A DNA stretch of 64,000 nt, from the NCBI GenBank assembly GCA_964631415.1, contig CAZVZC010000002.1, positions 61,952 to 125,951 on the forward strand, read 5' to 3'. Below, in pieces: positions 1 through 9,903 of the stretch. The stretch's first letter is position 1, and the number at the start of each line of letters is the position of its first letter. Position numbers and translations under genes: made by a program. The notes below the pieces were generated by a model that ran no database searches, was not told where the DNA came from, and worked only from the letters and a program-made list of their open reading frames with translations. The DNA is from an uncultured archaeon (lineage in GTDB: Archaea; Asgardarchaeota; Thorarchaeia; Thorarchaeales; Thorarchaeaceae).

Positions 1-1663
1 CTAAGCCTGAGAAGCGTGCATGCAGCCAAGCAGAAACCGCTGGGGTATCGAGCTCAGGGTGCACGCATTTGAACTCCTGGACTCTGTTTGCCGTCAGATC
101 TATGAGTATCTCCTCACGCAGGTACTGCAGCTCTGTTTCTGTCTTCTCGTAGATGCTTTTCAGAAGGGCCTTTGTTCGCAATAGATCCTGCTTCGATCTC
201 ACGTAGGTCTCTACAACTCTCGTCAGATTCGTGAACAAGCCAATCATGAAATGCCAGACAATGTCTAGCTTGAGGGAGGCGATAGTTTCCTCCTGCCGCA
301 GCTGTTGGCCCATTTCATGCGCAGAAGCAGCCCCTGCCTGAGTCGCTCCCGTCCCTTGTAATGACTCTCTTGCTTTGATCAGTCTCTTGATCTCATCGGG
401 CGGTGGTAGACGGACTCTTTTCTTCAGTTCCTCCACCACTTCGATCTCTATGCCGATTAGACTACCACGATCCTTTGTCAGAAGCTGGAGTGATATCTTG
501 TCGAGCTCGGCTCCTCTTAGGCCCCGAGAGCGGAGCGCGCCTTTTACTGATCGTTCCAGTGTCTGCTCTATCTTCTCCAGAGTCTTTAGCGACCTAGTTA
601 GGTCTTCCAAGTCCTCCCTGGAAACACGGTCGGCGGCCTTGCTGGCTGTTGCCCTCCCGAAGGACGCACTTAGTCCGACTGCAAGGTCTGCGGGTGATGC
701 AATACCTTTCGGCTGTAACGAAACCCGTATGTCTTCAGGGTTCAGTCCCAGCAAGTACCCCAACAGAGTGAATGTGTCAGTAGGGTTCTTCTCGAATTCC
801 GCCGCTAGTTTCTTCGCCACCACATCAGCAATCCGACTCTCGAAGTCACCAATCGTTGTGGGCGTGTCGATATCTCCCTCGATTGCATCAAGGATCGCAA
901 TTCTGAGCTCGTGCGCACGTTTCAGCGTCTGTCTGTTTCGCCCTTTGGGCAAGTTGCCAATCACAGCCAGGGCTACTTCGTCCCAGGTTTCGTCGGTCAC
1001 ACCAGACATCATAAGCCGGGCAGTGAGACATGTTGGTCTTCTGAGTAGACGCGCAATCCCACGCTTCAGAATGGAGGTTTCCGGGACCTCCTCCTCATGC
1101 TCCCTAAGAAGCTCTTCCCTGAGTGACATTGATGACTCCTTCAGACCGGACGCCTTAGCATAGATGTCACTCCTCCACACCGGGCCCCAGCCCGTCACTT
1201 CGTTCACGAAGTCGATATCATGATTGCCGGCATACTCTCGAGGCAGCTTGCTCAGGTGACTCTTCAGCTGAGCCACGACTCGCTTGACTGTCTGAGGCTC
1301 CGAGGCATTAGTATCGTCTACGATTTCACAGAGTGCAATTAAGAACTCGCTGACAAGTCTGGCTCGGTCGAGTTCCTCCCTCTGCTTGTTGCCGAGAATC
1401 TGTCGGACCTCCAGTTCCAGAAGTCGGCGGGACTCTTTCTCTGTGTCACTCTTCTGTTCGATTGTCAGCTGCCCGCCTGCGGTGTTCTGCCTGACGTGGA
1501 CGTCTTGGTAGTTAACAAGGTAGAAAGCAGAGAAGAATGAAAGAAGGTCCTCAAGAGGTCGACGGTCCGCAAGGATTTCTGCAACCATCTGCCTGTCACG
1601 TGGGCTCCGCATATGCGTGGCCAATGCCTCTCTCAGAAGTATCTCTTTGCCCGCCTCACTCAT
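1..1663 (-). CDS. Hypothetical alpha-helical, coiled-coil-rich protein. Its 3' end is cut by the window edge, so at least 554 aa lie inside the window. It is probably co-transcribed with the upstream 877-aa gene.
   Basis: Manual reverse-strand translation gives an uninterrupted frame from ATG at 1663 (MSEAGKEILLREALATHMRSPRDRQ...) to position 1. An aagga motif sits 12 nt upstream of the ATG. The gene lies 37 nt downstream of the stop of the 1701..4334 gene on the same strand. No catalytic motif (P-loop etc.) was seen. It is missing from the ORF track, presumably because it is truncated. Confidence 0.5.
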   Translation of the reverse strand, partial: MSEAGKEILLREALATHMRSPRDRQMVAEILADRRPLEDLLSFFSAFYLVNYQDVHVRQNTAGGQLTIEQKSDTEKESRRLLELEVRQILGNKQREELDRARLVSEFLIALCEIVDDTNASEPQTVKRVVAQLKSHLSKLPREYAGNHDIDFVNEVTGWGPVWRSDIYAKASGLKESSMSLREELLREHEEEVPETSILKRGIARLLRRPTCLTARLMMSGVTDETWDEVALAVIGNLPKGRNRQTLKRAHELRIAILDAIEGDIDTPTTIGDFESRIADVVAKKLAAEFEKNPTDTFTLLGYLLGLNPEDIRVSLQPKGIASPADLAVGLSASFGRATASKAADRVSREDLEDLTRSLKTLEKIEQTLERSVKGALRSRGLRGAELDKISLQLLTKDRGSLIGIEIEVVEELKKRVRLPPPDEIKRLIKARESLQGTGATQAGAASAHEMGQQLRQEETIASLKLDIVWHFMIGLFTNLTRVVETYVRSKQDLLRTKALLKSIYEKTETELQYLREEILIDLTANRVQEFKCVHPELDTPAVSAWLHARFSGL

Positions 1664-1700
1664 CTGACGTGTCCTTAGAATCCAAGCACTCGACACATGA

Positions 1701-4334
1701 TCACCTCAGGAAGTTGCTGCCCAAGCGAACAGTCATCTCATCGCCATGATAATCGTAGGTCACCAAGTAGACTAGGCCTGGAAACTCTGGGTCTGTCAGA
1801 TAGACCCGTGTCGCGCGAGGCAACAGTCTGCCGATGCTCCTTATTGCTGAACCCATCAGATACTCGAGAAACTCCTCATTGATGCTGACAGTTGACTCAC
1901 CCGTGACTCGCGCGCGCTCAGCCTTCAGCCTTTGCAGGTGTTGGGAAATCAGCTTCTCCAATTCCTGCTCTCTTTTTCCCATCTCATCCAGCTTGGCCGT
2001 CAACAGATCTCGCAGCTTGGCGCTTGTGATTAGATTCTGTGAGGGCTCCGGTTTCACCGGGAGCGGTTTGACCACCAGTAGTGGAAACTCAAGATCCACT
2101 TTGCGAAGCCGCGTTTCGAGGGACTCAGGAGGTGCTACAGACACACGGGGGCCCTCATCTGGTGGCACCACAGTCTGTTCACCGACTTCCGGCTTGGGTT
2201 CGACCTGTTTCGGAGAAGCCTCGTACTCAGCGGACTCTCGCCCGTAGTCGACCTTTGCCTGCTCGAGAAGTCTTTGTCGCTTTTCATTGTGCTGCCGGAT
2301 ACCGTCGTTTTCTGCCTCTGTCAGCAAGCAGATCTGTTTCCACTGCTTCAAGTCCTGCTCATGCGTCCTCTGAAGATGGTCCGCCTCAGACTTGACTCGA
2401 TCCAGTATTGACTGGGATGACATGCGTAGTCCAACGTTATCGTGAACATAGCGAGCAAAAGCTATTAGATTGGAGTGATAATCAGCTGTGCCTTTCATAC
2501 CGCCGAACGCATCCTCGATCAAATGCAATGCCTCAGCCCTCCACTCACGGGACCTATCACCAAACGACTGGACTGCCCTTGTTAGCTCGGTCTTTAGGTC
2601 AGCGCCCGCAGTGCCCATTGCATCAAGGACTTGGCTGAGGAAGGGTCTTGCAAGGACTGTTCCGGCGATATTCGGTGATATATCACGAACGAGCGCCTCT
2701 AGAGTGGACAGCCTTTCCATCAGGGTCTTGCCTTCTGAGTCAATTGCCGCTTCCTGGGCCGCACCTGGAATTGTTTGTTTGCTTATGACTTCCGATCTGG
2801 CAATCTGTGCTGTGTCACTGAATGATATCAGATCCGACACATCAAGATTGTCGAAACCCTCAATCATGGCATCTATGGCGACGTCCATGAGCTGTGCAGG
2901 CGTCTTCATCTTCACACCCTCGAATGCCGCCCTGTCAAAAGCGGCATTCAACATCGAGTACAGTTCGGCGATGAACTTGTGAAACAGCATCAGATCAGTA
3001 GGACTCGTGTCGCGACCGGTCAGTTCTTGACGAAAAGCGACAATCGCATTGAGTACTGCCTTTCGTGACAACGTAACGACGAGGAATCTACGAAACTCCT
3101 CAGCAAAGTACTGAGCGACCTTCCTTGCATATGTGACGAAATACCTCAATGTCCCCTTAAGCTGCCAAGCTCTAGCTTCTTCTCCTTGAGGGATGGTACG
3201 TCCGACAGAGTCCATCATATGGTCCAAGAGTCTGATAAGCATCTTCAGAGCGACCTCGCCACCACGACCCGTCAAGTTCTTGGCCTTGACCGTGAGTATT
3301 TTGACAAGTGCGTCTCTGTGGCCAGTCGACAAGAGAGCCAAGCCAGAAGAAATGTGCTGTTCTACAGCTTCACTTAAGACATCGACAGACTTGGCGACCA
3401 GCTCAGCAAAGCTGTTCGCTTGGTCCATTACCTTATCGAGCTCACTCGCCTTGACACTGTCTCGGCCAATATACTCAACAAGCGCTCCGATGACTGTTGT
3501 CGCGATGTTGACTTCCTCGCTGCTGTATGCGTAAGCATTCAGCTCGCCAAGTATGGTCCTGCCGATCTCTGGAATGTGAGTGACAAGGGTTTCAATGGCA
3601 TTCGGAGTCATGATACGATGTCTGAAATGCTGGCTGAGTGCTGCGGGCTCGGCCTTTGGAAGGACCAGCTGGAGCTCCCAGGGCTTGAGGACCCTCAGAC
3701 CAGGAGGCATCGAGCTGAAGTCCTTCCGGCACTTCGCCTTCACAACAGCCTCCAGATCGATATCGTCAGGTTTGATACTCATAGTAGTATATGAAGTCTG
3801 AAACTGGCGGTCCAACATGTCAACAAACATTACTCTGTTGAACCTGTCAGCAAAATGGCGAAGGACTGCCAATCCCTCGCGGTCATAATCAAGACCGCTG
3901 CTCAGGATGGCAACCTCTATGTCAGCCATCTTCTTTGTCAGTCGTCTGATGTTAGCGTCCACCTTGAAGGGATCCACGATACCCCTTTCCCAGGTTAGCA
4001 TACATGCATGAGAACTCACTTCACCAACGGAACTGCCTGCCACGACTAGTTGTTCTGGTAGAAGCTCAGAACTTGGCGCTCGTTCCAGGTCCCATATGAG
4101 TGACAGAAGCTCTAGGCCTTCGGATTGTCTCAACGAATCTCGCACAGAGAAGACAAGTGGTGCGACATTCATAGCCACAGTCTCAGAGTTCTCTTCCATC
4201 ATGCTGCCTAGCCCGACAGCTGCGCCGACCGGAAGACCGCGAGTAGTTGTGGAACCCAACACTGAAACGGACGCCATCCGGATGGCTTCGACTGTACTAG
4301 TAACGGTGGTCTTGGCCTTGCCAGTTGCAGACAT
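1701..4334 (-). CDS. Large hypothetical protein (~877 aa). The N-terminal half is a globular region, followed by a Pro/Glu-rich linker and C-terminal coiled coil.
   Basis: The ORF runs 1701..4376 with a GTG at 4376, but an internal ATG at 4334 (MSATGKAKTT...) is preceded by GGAGGT 6 nt upstream. No Walker A, tubulin or vWA signature was recognised. The C-terminal segment (KREQELEKLISQHLQRLKAERARV) is predicted coiled coil. Confidence 0.6.
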   Translation of the reverse strand: MSATGKAKTTVTSTVEAIRMASVSVLGSTTTRGLPVGAAVGLGSMMEENSETVAMNVAPLVFSVRDSLRQSEGLELLSLIWDLERAPSSELLPEQLVVAGSSVGEVSSHACMLTWERGIVDPFKVDANIRRLTKKMADIEVAILSSGLDYDREGLAVLRHFADRFNRVMFVDMLDRQFQTSYTTMSIKPDDIDLEAVVKAKCRKDFSSMPPGLRVLKPWELQLVLPKAEPAALSQHFRHRIMTPNAIETLVTHIPEIGRTILGELNAYAYSSEEVNIATTVIGALVEYIGRDSVKASELDKVMDQANSFAELVAKSVDVLSEAVEQHISSGLALLSTGHRDALVKILTVKAKNLTGRGGEVALKMLIRLLDHMMDSVGRTIPQGEEARAWQLKGTLRYFVTYARKVAQYFAEEFRRFLVVTLSRKAVLNAIVAFRQELTGRDTSPTDLMLFHKFIAELYSMLNAAFDRAAFEGVKMKTPAQLMDVAIDAMIEGFDNLDVSDLISFSDTAQIARSEVISKQTIPGAAQEAAIDSEGKTLMERLSTLEALVRDISPNIAGTVLARPFLSQVLDAMGTAGADLKTELTRAVQSFGDRSREWRAEALHLIEDAFGGMKGTADYHSNLIAFARYVHDNVGLRMSSQSILDRVKSEADHLQRTHEQDLKQWKQICLLTEAENDGIRQHNEKRQRLLEQAKVDYGRESAEYEASPKQVEPKPEVGEQTVVPPDEGPRVSVAPPESLETRLRKVDLEFPLLVVKPLPVKPEPSQNLITSAKLRDLLTAKLDEMGKREQELEKLISQHLQRLKAERARVTGESTVSINEEFLEYLMGSAIRSIGRLLPRATRVYLTDPEFPGLVYLVTYDYHGDEMTVRLGSNFLR

Positions 4335-4469
4335 GACTCTACCTCCAGCTCTGAGCCACCGTTCGAGTTGGCTCACAATTGAGAAGAGCCATGGTCGTTC
4401 GGTGGCATGTCCAACAGTCCAAACAGTGAGCGGACCTTTTGAATATAGCTCGGTTGTAGGGGCGACTCC

Positions 4470-5429
4470 CTAGACCCGCGTCCATATGCCATGGGTGTCG
4501 GCCTTCACAAGACCGGCCTTTTCCAGGTCACGTAGTGCCACCTCTAGGGTAGTTGGAAGCAGAGAGGCCACTTCTTCTGGTACAGGTACAGCACGGCTCT
4601 GCCGTATGTCGAATGTGAGCTGTTCAATGTCGATCTCACCCCTTAGTGAAACATGTTCTAGAACTGTGTCCAAGAAGTGTGTGACCCCATCACGTACGTC
4701 CTGAATCTGGAGTCGTGCATCATGCCCAATATGCGGGATGTCATGTGCGGGCAGCAAGTACTCGATGTCATAGGAGGCGATCTCGTCTATCGCTGCCAGC
4801 TTCGCAGTCAGGCTTCCACTGAGATCAACATAGAACTTCCGTGAATCATCTGGGAGGTTATTCAGCTCATCGCCCGAGAACAGGATCTTCCTGTCAGCGT
4901 CTAGAAACACACAATGCCCGGCCGAGTGGCCTCCTGTATGAATGACTTTCAAGACCACATGGCCAATCTTGACCTCATCCCTCTGCCGGAGTATCCTATC
5001 AGGCTTTGTTCCTGCGTAGTTGACCCGGAGCGGGCTTCTGTCCATCTTCATTGCCAGCCTTTCAGCGGCGCCGAGCCTCAATCTATGCTTGATGAAGATG
5101 CGAGGATCCTCCAAGAGCTCCACGTCTCCACTATGGATCATAATCTGCGCACCGGTGCTCCTGCGCAGCCGGGCAGCCCCACCGACATGATCAGGATGAC
5201 CATGAGTACATAGGATTCCAATGAGAGCCTTCTTGGGGTTCAGACCAAGACTGACCATTCCTTTGACGATTTCCTCGCCCGGATCTCCCGCTGTTCCCGG
5301 GTCTATGACTAGGGCCTCCTCGCCTTCCACTACTAAGTAGCTCGATATGAAACCAAACTCACCTGCAAACCTGCCCTTTATGGTGTATACTCCGGGGACA
5401 ATCTCTGTAGGGGCCATCTTCTCCGTCAT
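4470..5429 (-). CDS. Metallo-beta-lactamase-fold hydrolase with a C-terminal winged-helix-like tail
   Basis: Contains the THGHPDHVGG (HxHxDH) zinc motif, downstream His residues and GGHSAGH. The ORF as listed extends to 5555 and would overlap the ATPase 3' end, so the internal start MTEKMAP at 5429 is chosen. The tail reads LRDLEKAGLVKADTHGIW. Confidence 0.7.
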   Translation of the reverse strand: MTEKMAPTEIVPGVYTIKGRFAGEFGFISSYLVVEGEEALVIDPGTAGDPGEEIVKGMVSLGLNPKKALIGILCTHGHPDHVGGAARLRRSTGAQIMIHSGDVELLEDPRIFIKHRLRLGAAERLAMKMDRSPLRVNYAGTKPDRILRQRDEVKIGHVVLKVIHTGGHSAGHCVFLDADRKILFSGDELNNLPDDSRKFYVDLSGSLTAKLAAIDEIASYDIEYLLPAHDIPHIGHDARLQIQDVRDGVTHFLDTVLEHVSLRGEIDIEQLTFDIRQSRAVPVPEEVASLLPTTLEVALRDLEKAGLVKADTHGIWTRV

Positions 5430-5464
5430 ACTGCACGACGCCGTCCTTATGACGCTATCGACCC

Positions 5465-8293
5465 CTAGCGATTCCGCCCGCCCCTCCAGTGCCCGAAGAT
5501 GATGTGCGGAGGTATCAAAAGAGCAGGCAGAGAGGCCAGCAGTATAACCATCCAATCCCGTGAGTTGAGAGGCATGGTTTCGAACAGTGGCTGCGCGAAT
5601 GGCAGATAGATCGTTGCCAGTGTCAGCACGACGGAAGCCATCACGGCTGCGAACAGGTATTTCGTCCCAGCCAAGCTCGTTCTCCAGACCGGTCGATGCT
5701 CGTCTCTACAGTTCCAGACAAAGAGGAGCTCGAATGTAACAACGGCAGCGAAGACCGCAGTTCTAGCGTGCACTAGGACATCAGCCCACGCAATACCTGT
5801 CACTGCCGAGATGCCAGTTCTCCAATCCAAATCGGACAGAGCGTTGCCAGTGATGCCCGGGATGTACCCGCCGTATATGCTGAGCGAGTAGAAGTAGACC
5901 AGAGCAGACGCGAGGAAACCTGTAGCTCCAACTATCATTATGAAAGCGGCCATTCTTCGGTCCATCATCTTCGCGCCGGCCTTTCTAGGCGGTCGTTCCA
6001 TCAGACCCCTCTCGGGAGGGTCGACTCCAAGTGCCAATGCCGGAAGGCCATCAGTGGCCAAGTTGAGCCACAGAATCTGTATTGCTGTGATTGGGATTGG
6101 CAGTCCGATCATGACCACTGTGAAGACTAGGAAAAGCTCGTCGAAATTGGCAGAGAGCAGGAATCGGACAAACTTCCGAATGTTCGAGTAGATCTCGCGT
6201 CCCTTTTCAACAGCAGAAACAATCGTGGCGAAATTGTCATCGACCAGAATGACATCGGATGCCTCCTTTGTGACGTCTGCCCCGCGGATGCCCATGGATA
6301 TCCCTATGTCCGCCGATTTGACGGCTGGTGCATCATTCACTCCATCGCCAGTCATAGCAACGACATTTTCGGCGCTCCTCAAAGCAGCCACAATTCTCAG
6401 CTTGTGTTCTGGGGCGACTCTGGCGAAAACGTTGTTCTCAAAGACACATCGTCTGAACTCCTCGTCGTTCATCGCGTCAAGCTGTTCGCCTGTCACCACG
6501 CGACCGTCCCTCTCGATGAGTCCTACGTCTTGGGCGACCGCTTTCGCAGTCAGGTGGTTGTCGCCTGTGATCATCATGGCGCGAATCCCGGCAGTCCTGC
6601 ATAGACGAATTGCGGCTCTGACCTCATTCCTCGGCGGGTCGATCATCCCCGCCAATCCGACGAACACTAGGTTCCGCTCCACGACGCCGGGGTCGTAGTC
6701 ATTCAGACTTCGCTCAAGAGGTCGGTAGGCCAAAGCCAGCACCCTGAGCGCCCTCTCTGCCATCTGCGCATTCGTATTGAGAATCTCTCTTCTGAGATCG
6801 CTATCAAGAGGCTTGACAACCCCGTTCTCCAGAGCACTGCTGCACAGCAGAAGCACAACTTCGGGCGCACCCTTAGTGAAAGCACATATCTCACCGGATG
6901 CATCAGCCACAATAGATGTCATCCTCTTCCGAACAGAGTCGAAAGAGATCTCATGAATCTCCTTGTACTCTGCCGCTGTTTCATGATACGAGAGACCGCC
7001 CTTCTCTGCAAGCACCATGAGCGCACCTTCGGTTGGATCCCCCACCACATTGTAGTCGTCCTTCTCAGTGGGACCATCTTGAAGGATAGTATTGCTGCAT
7101 AGCTGTCCTATCAAGAGCAGTTTCTTCAGCTGCGTGTCAGCCATCGGGTTAACCTTGTGGCCATGATGGACGAAGTCCCCTGACTTGGCGTAGCCGGAGC
7201 CGCCAACTTCGAAAATCTTTCCGTCAGAGTAGACTGCTTTCACAGTCATCTCATTCTTCGTTATTGTGCCGGTCTTGTCAGAACAGATCACAGTCGTCGA
7301 GCCAAGTGTTTCCACAGAAGGCAGCTTCCTTACGATTGCATTCCGTTGGACCATCCTCTGTACGCCTATCGCAAGTGTGATTGTCACGACGGCAGGCAGT
7401 CCTTCTGGTATCGCAGAAACAGCAAGGGCAATCGCCGCCATGAGCTCCTCCACAAATGAATCAGACACGTCACGCAATACCTCTGCGGCCAGCACGAGGG
7501 CAGCCAAGATCACTACCACAAGGCCCAGCTTCTTGCCGAGGTCGTCCAAGTCCTTCTGAAGAGGAGTCGTAACATCATCGCGCTGCTGCACAACCTGAGC
7601 TATCTTGCCGAATTCCGTTTCCATTCCAGTCGCGGTTACAAGTACACGACCCTTTCCTGAGGTGACTGTGGTTCCCTGATATACCATGTTCGTCCTGTCG
7701 CCTATTGAGGTGTGTTCCTGACGGATCGGCCCTGGTTTCTTCTGAGTGGACTGAGACTCACCCGTAAGAACTGACTCGTCTGCCGAGAAGCCTACTGCAC
7801 TCAGTATCCGCCCGTCGGCGGGAAGCCGATCACCGGTTTCTAGTGAGATGAGATCGCCGGGTACTAGCTCGCGCGACTCGAGGACTATCCACAGTCCATC
7901 TCGCATGGCGCGTGCCTTTGGCGCCGCCATCTGCTTGAGAGCATCCAGCGCACGCTCTGACTTGTACTCCTGAACAAAACCGAATAGCGCATTCGCTAAC
8001 ACAATCACCGCAATGACAACTGCGTCGATGAGCCCCCCCTCTTCGCCTGATCCTGGGATGAATGATGCTGCCAGCGTGATGGCTATGGCGACAAGCAGAA
8101 CGACTACCATGGGATTCTTGAACTGACTCAAGAACTGGCTGAGCATACTCGTACGTTTCGCCGCAACAAGCTCGTTGTAGCCATAGACCTGAATTCGCGC
8201 TTGGGCTTCAGTTGTCGTAAGGCCCTTTGGCGTGGTCTGGAGCTCTTTGATTGCATAATCAATATCATTGGCGTGCCAGAGACGATCGGGCAT
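5465..8293 (-). CDS. P-type cation-transporting ATPase, P2A (SERCA-like Ca2+-ATPase) type
   Basis: Carries DKTGTIT at the phosphorylation site, TGES, and the [10 protein letters not shown] hinge. The [16 protein letters not shown] transmembrane-4 motif is typical of P2A Ca2+ pumps. Length is 942 aa. Confidence 0.9.
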   Translation of the reverse strand: MPDRLWHANDIDYAIKELQTTPKGLTTTEAQARIQVYGYNELVAAKRTSMLSQFLSQFKNPMVVVLLVAIAITLAASFIPGSGEEGGLIDAVVIAVIVLANALFGFVQEYKSERALDALKQMAAPKARAMRDGLWIVLESRELVPGDLISLETGDRLPADGRILSAVGFSADESVLTGESQSTQKKPGPIRQEHTSIGDRTNMVYQGTTVTSGKGRVLVTATGMETEFGKIAQVVQQRDDVTTPLQKDLDDLGKKLGLVVVILAALVLAAEVLRDVSDSFVEELMAAIALAVSAIPEGLPAVVTITLAIGVQRMVQRNAIVRKLPSVETLGSTTVICSDKTGTITKNEMTVKAVYSDGKIFEVGGSGYAKSGDFVHHGHKVNPMADTQLKKLLLIGQLCSNTILQDGPTEKDDYNVVGDPTEGALMVLAEKGGLSYHETAAEYKEIHEISFDSVRKRMTSIVADASGEICAFTKGAPEVVLLLCSSALENGVVKPLDSDLRREILNTNAQMAERALRVLALAYRPLERSLNDYDPGVVERNLVFVGLAGMIDPPRNEVRAAIRLCRTAGIRAMMITGDNHLTAKAVAQDVGLIERDGRVVTGEQLDAMNDEEFRRCVFENNVFARVAPEHKLRIVAALRSAENVVAMTGDGVNDAPAVKSADIGISMGIRGADVTKEASDVILVDDNFATIVSAVEKGREIYSNIRKFVRFLLSANFDELFLVFTVVMIGLPIPITAIQILWLNLATDGLPALALGVDPPERGLMERPPRKAGAKMMDRRMAAFIMIVGATGFLASALVYFYSLSIYGGYIPGITGNALSDLDWRTGISAVTGIAWADVLVHARTAVFAAVVTFELLFVWNCRDEHRPVWRTSLAGTKYLFAAVMASVVLTLATIYLPFAQPLFETMPLNSRDWMVILLASLPALLIPPHIIFGHWRGGRNR

Positions 8294-8603
8294 GGCAAAG
8301 ACTCCGATTCCGCATGTTTAGCATTCCGCACTTGACAAAGTGGCTGGGCTTATAGACAAATATCTTTCGCTGACGACACAGCTGGATGCCCCATCTCAAT
8401 CGCCCTTCTACAGCTGGTGCGGCTCCAAGCTATTTCATCGACAGGTAGACTCAAGACGTCAGAGTTGGACGGAACGAATTGGTTCTTTTTGAACTCAACT
8501 CTTCAGCCAAGTGGTATGCTGACGCTATGGCGGACACGTTTCAGCCGAGAGCAAGCATTAAATGCGCGGCCTCGTTATGCGAGTCCTACTGGAGGATGCT
8601 TGG

Positions 8604-8822
8604 ATGCCAAACTGGAAGATGATATTCGAAGACTTGAAGGCCAAAGGTCAGACCTTTACAGTCTACTTGCGCTACATGCAAAAAGACACGCTCGCCAAGA
8701 TACCCAATGTCCGTGTTAGCGAAGTGCAAGAGGATTATGTATGGCTTGAGAATCCGTCAGGGTTTGGCGTGCTCGGGTTCGAGGATGTCCTCTACATCTC
8801 CATTCCGAGGCAGGGGTCATAG
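8604..8822 (+). CDS. Small hypothetical protein (72 aa)
   Basis: A GGAGGA sits 7-8 nt upstream of ATG 8604. Composition is balanced (MPNWKMIFEDLKAKGQTFTVYLRYMQKD...). The competing frame 8417..8719 is low-complexity. Confidence 0.35.
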   Translation: MPNWKMIFEDLKAKGQTFTVYLRYMQKDTLAKIPNVRVSEVQEDYVWLENPSGFGVLGFEDVLYISIPRQGS

Positions 8823-8907
8823 TCCATAGCCTTGCTCAGACTGGTACCTCGCACGGCCAACTCTTAATAGGGTCTCCACCTTCACATAGGAAGTAGTAGC
8901 TCTTAGG

Positions 8908-9885
8908 TTGGTGCTTACAGCTTTGTCGTCGCTTGTCTTCATTCCCATCGAGGGTGAACGGATTGTCGTTCAGAAGCCAGAGTACTTACTGAGCAACTAC
9001 AGGCTTGTTCAGTACGACCGCGGATCAAAGACCACCGTCAGTCTGCCGCTCCATATGATCAAGGAGTACAAGCTGACCCCGACCGCGGCGATGTTCAAGG
9101 TGACAAATGGCATTGTGAACGTCTTGGGCACAATGCCGCAAAGAGAGGAAATGAGAGGAGCACTGAGCCTAAGAGAGTACGAGCGGCTTCGAGTGGGGGA
9201 CCAGAAGAAACTGTGTGATGTGTGCGGTGTGCCGTTCATTCATCCCGATCAGCCGTACAGCCGCTGGATCTGCACGGGTTATCATCAGGATTTCTGCAGA
9301 AGATTCTATGAGGGCTTCGCCTGGATGAAAGGCGAGGAGATCTTCACGTACTTCCCGGATAGCTTCATATTGACGACGTACAGACTATACCAGTATGACG
9401 CCAAGACAAGGAAGCTCTTCATGTTCCCCATGAATATGGTACAGACTTTCGAAGCCAAGAGCAACAAGCTGTTGATTAGCGCGGTGTCTGGGAAATTCGA
9501 GATCAAAGGGAAGGTCCCAAGACAAGACCACCTTCTAAGAGTCTGGCAGGCAAGGGCGTGGGAGTCGCTTCCTAAGACCAACCTTGACTGGCTCATCATG
9601 CCGCTTTCCCAGATACAGACCATCAGTCCATTACCTCAATATACCTACACTGACACGACGATTCTCAAGCCAATGGCTGCGGCCACCGAAAGCAGAGAGG
9701 ACATCCAAGTCAGTGCAGGGATGCCAGCGGGAACAACCACAGTCTTCATGAAACCCGTCATCAAGGACAGGTGCAGCTACTGCAACGCGCCGCTGTCTTG
9801 GGAAAAGATTGACTGGGTCGGCCCCGACCAGTATGCGTGTCCGTCCTGTAAGAGCTCTCATAGAGTTGAGTACGTTCGCATCTAG
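8908..9885 (+). CDS. Hypothetical protein with two tandem PH-like (bPH/YokE-like) repeats and two zinc-ribbon motifs
   Basis: An internal repeat is visible: YLLSNYRLVQYDRGSKTTVSLPLHMIKEYKL versus FILTTYRLYQYDAKTRKLFMFPMNMVQTFEA. There are two CxxC pairs: CDVCG...C in the middle, and CSYCNAPLS...CPSCK at the C-terminus. Confidence 0.55.
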   Translation: MVLTALSSLVFIPIEGERIVVQKPEYLLSNYRLVQYDRGSKTTVSLPLHMIKEYKLTPTAAMFKVTNGIVNVLGTMPQREEMRGALSLREYERLRVGDQKKLCDVCGVPFIHPDQPYSRWICTGYHQDFCRRFYEGFAWMKGEEIFTYFPDSFILTTYRLYQYDAKTRKLFMFPMNMVQTFEAKSNKLLISAVSGKFEIKGKVPRQDHLLRVWQARAWESLPKTNLDWLIMPLSQIQTISPLPQYTYTDTTILKPMAAATESREDIQVSAGMPAGTTTVFMKPVIKDRCSYCNAPLSWEKIDWVGPDQYACPSCKSSHRVEYVRI

Positions 9886-9903
9886 GCCTCAGGAATAGCA
9901 GAC

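Noticed and set aside
375-1163. 262-aa + strand ORF at the window start
   Set aside because: Ser/Arg-rich low-complexity translation. It is entirely antisense to the well-formed minus-strand gene reconstructed at 1..1663, so it reads as a shadow ORF.
1834-4473. Numerous 60-165-aa + strand ORFs inside the 877-aa minus-strand gene, with similar ones inside the ATPase, GDH and ABC genes
   Set aside because: All are embedded antisense or out of frame within strongly supported long CDSs, and have skewed (Ser/Arg/Pro-rich) composition.
5430-5555. Upstream extension of the MBL-fold gene to the listed start at 5555
   Set aside because: It would overlap the last 90 nt of the P-type ATPase on the same strand and adds non-homologous sequence. 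The internal ATG at 5429 is chosen.
8417-8719. 100-aa + ORF overlapping the 8604..8822 small gene in another frame
   Set aside because: Low-complexity, Arg/Ser/Thr-rich and without an RBS. The alternative frame has a GGAGGA RBS and balanced composition.
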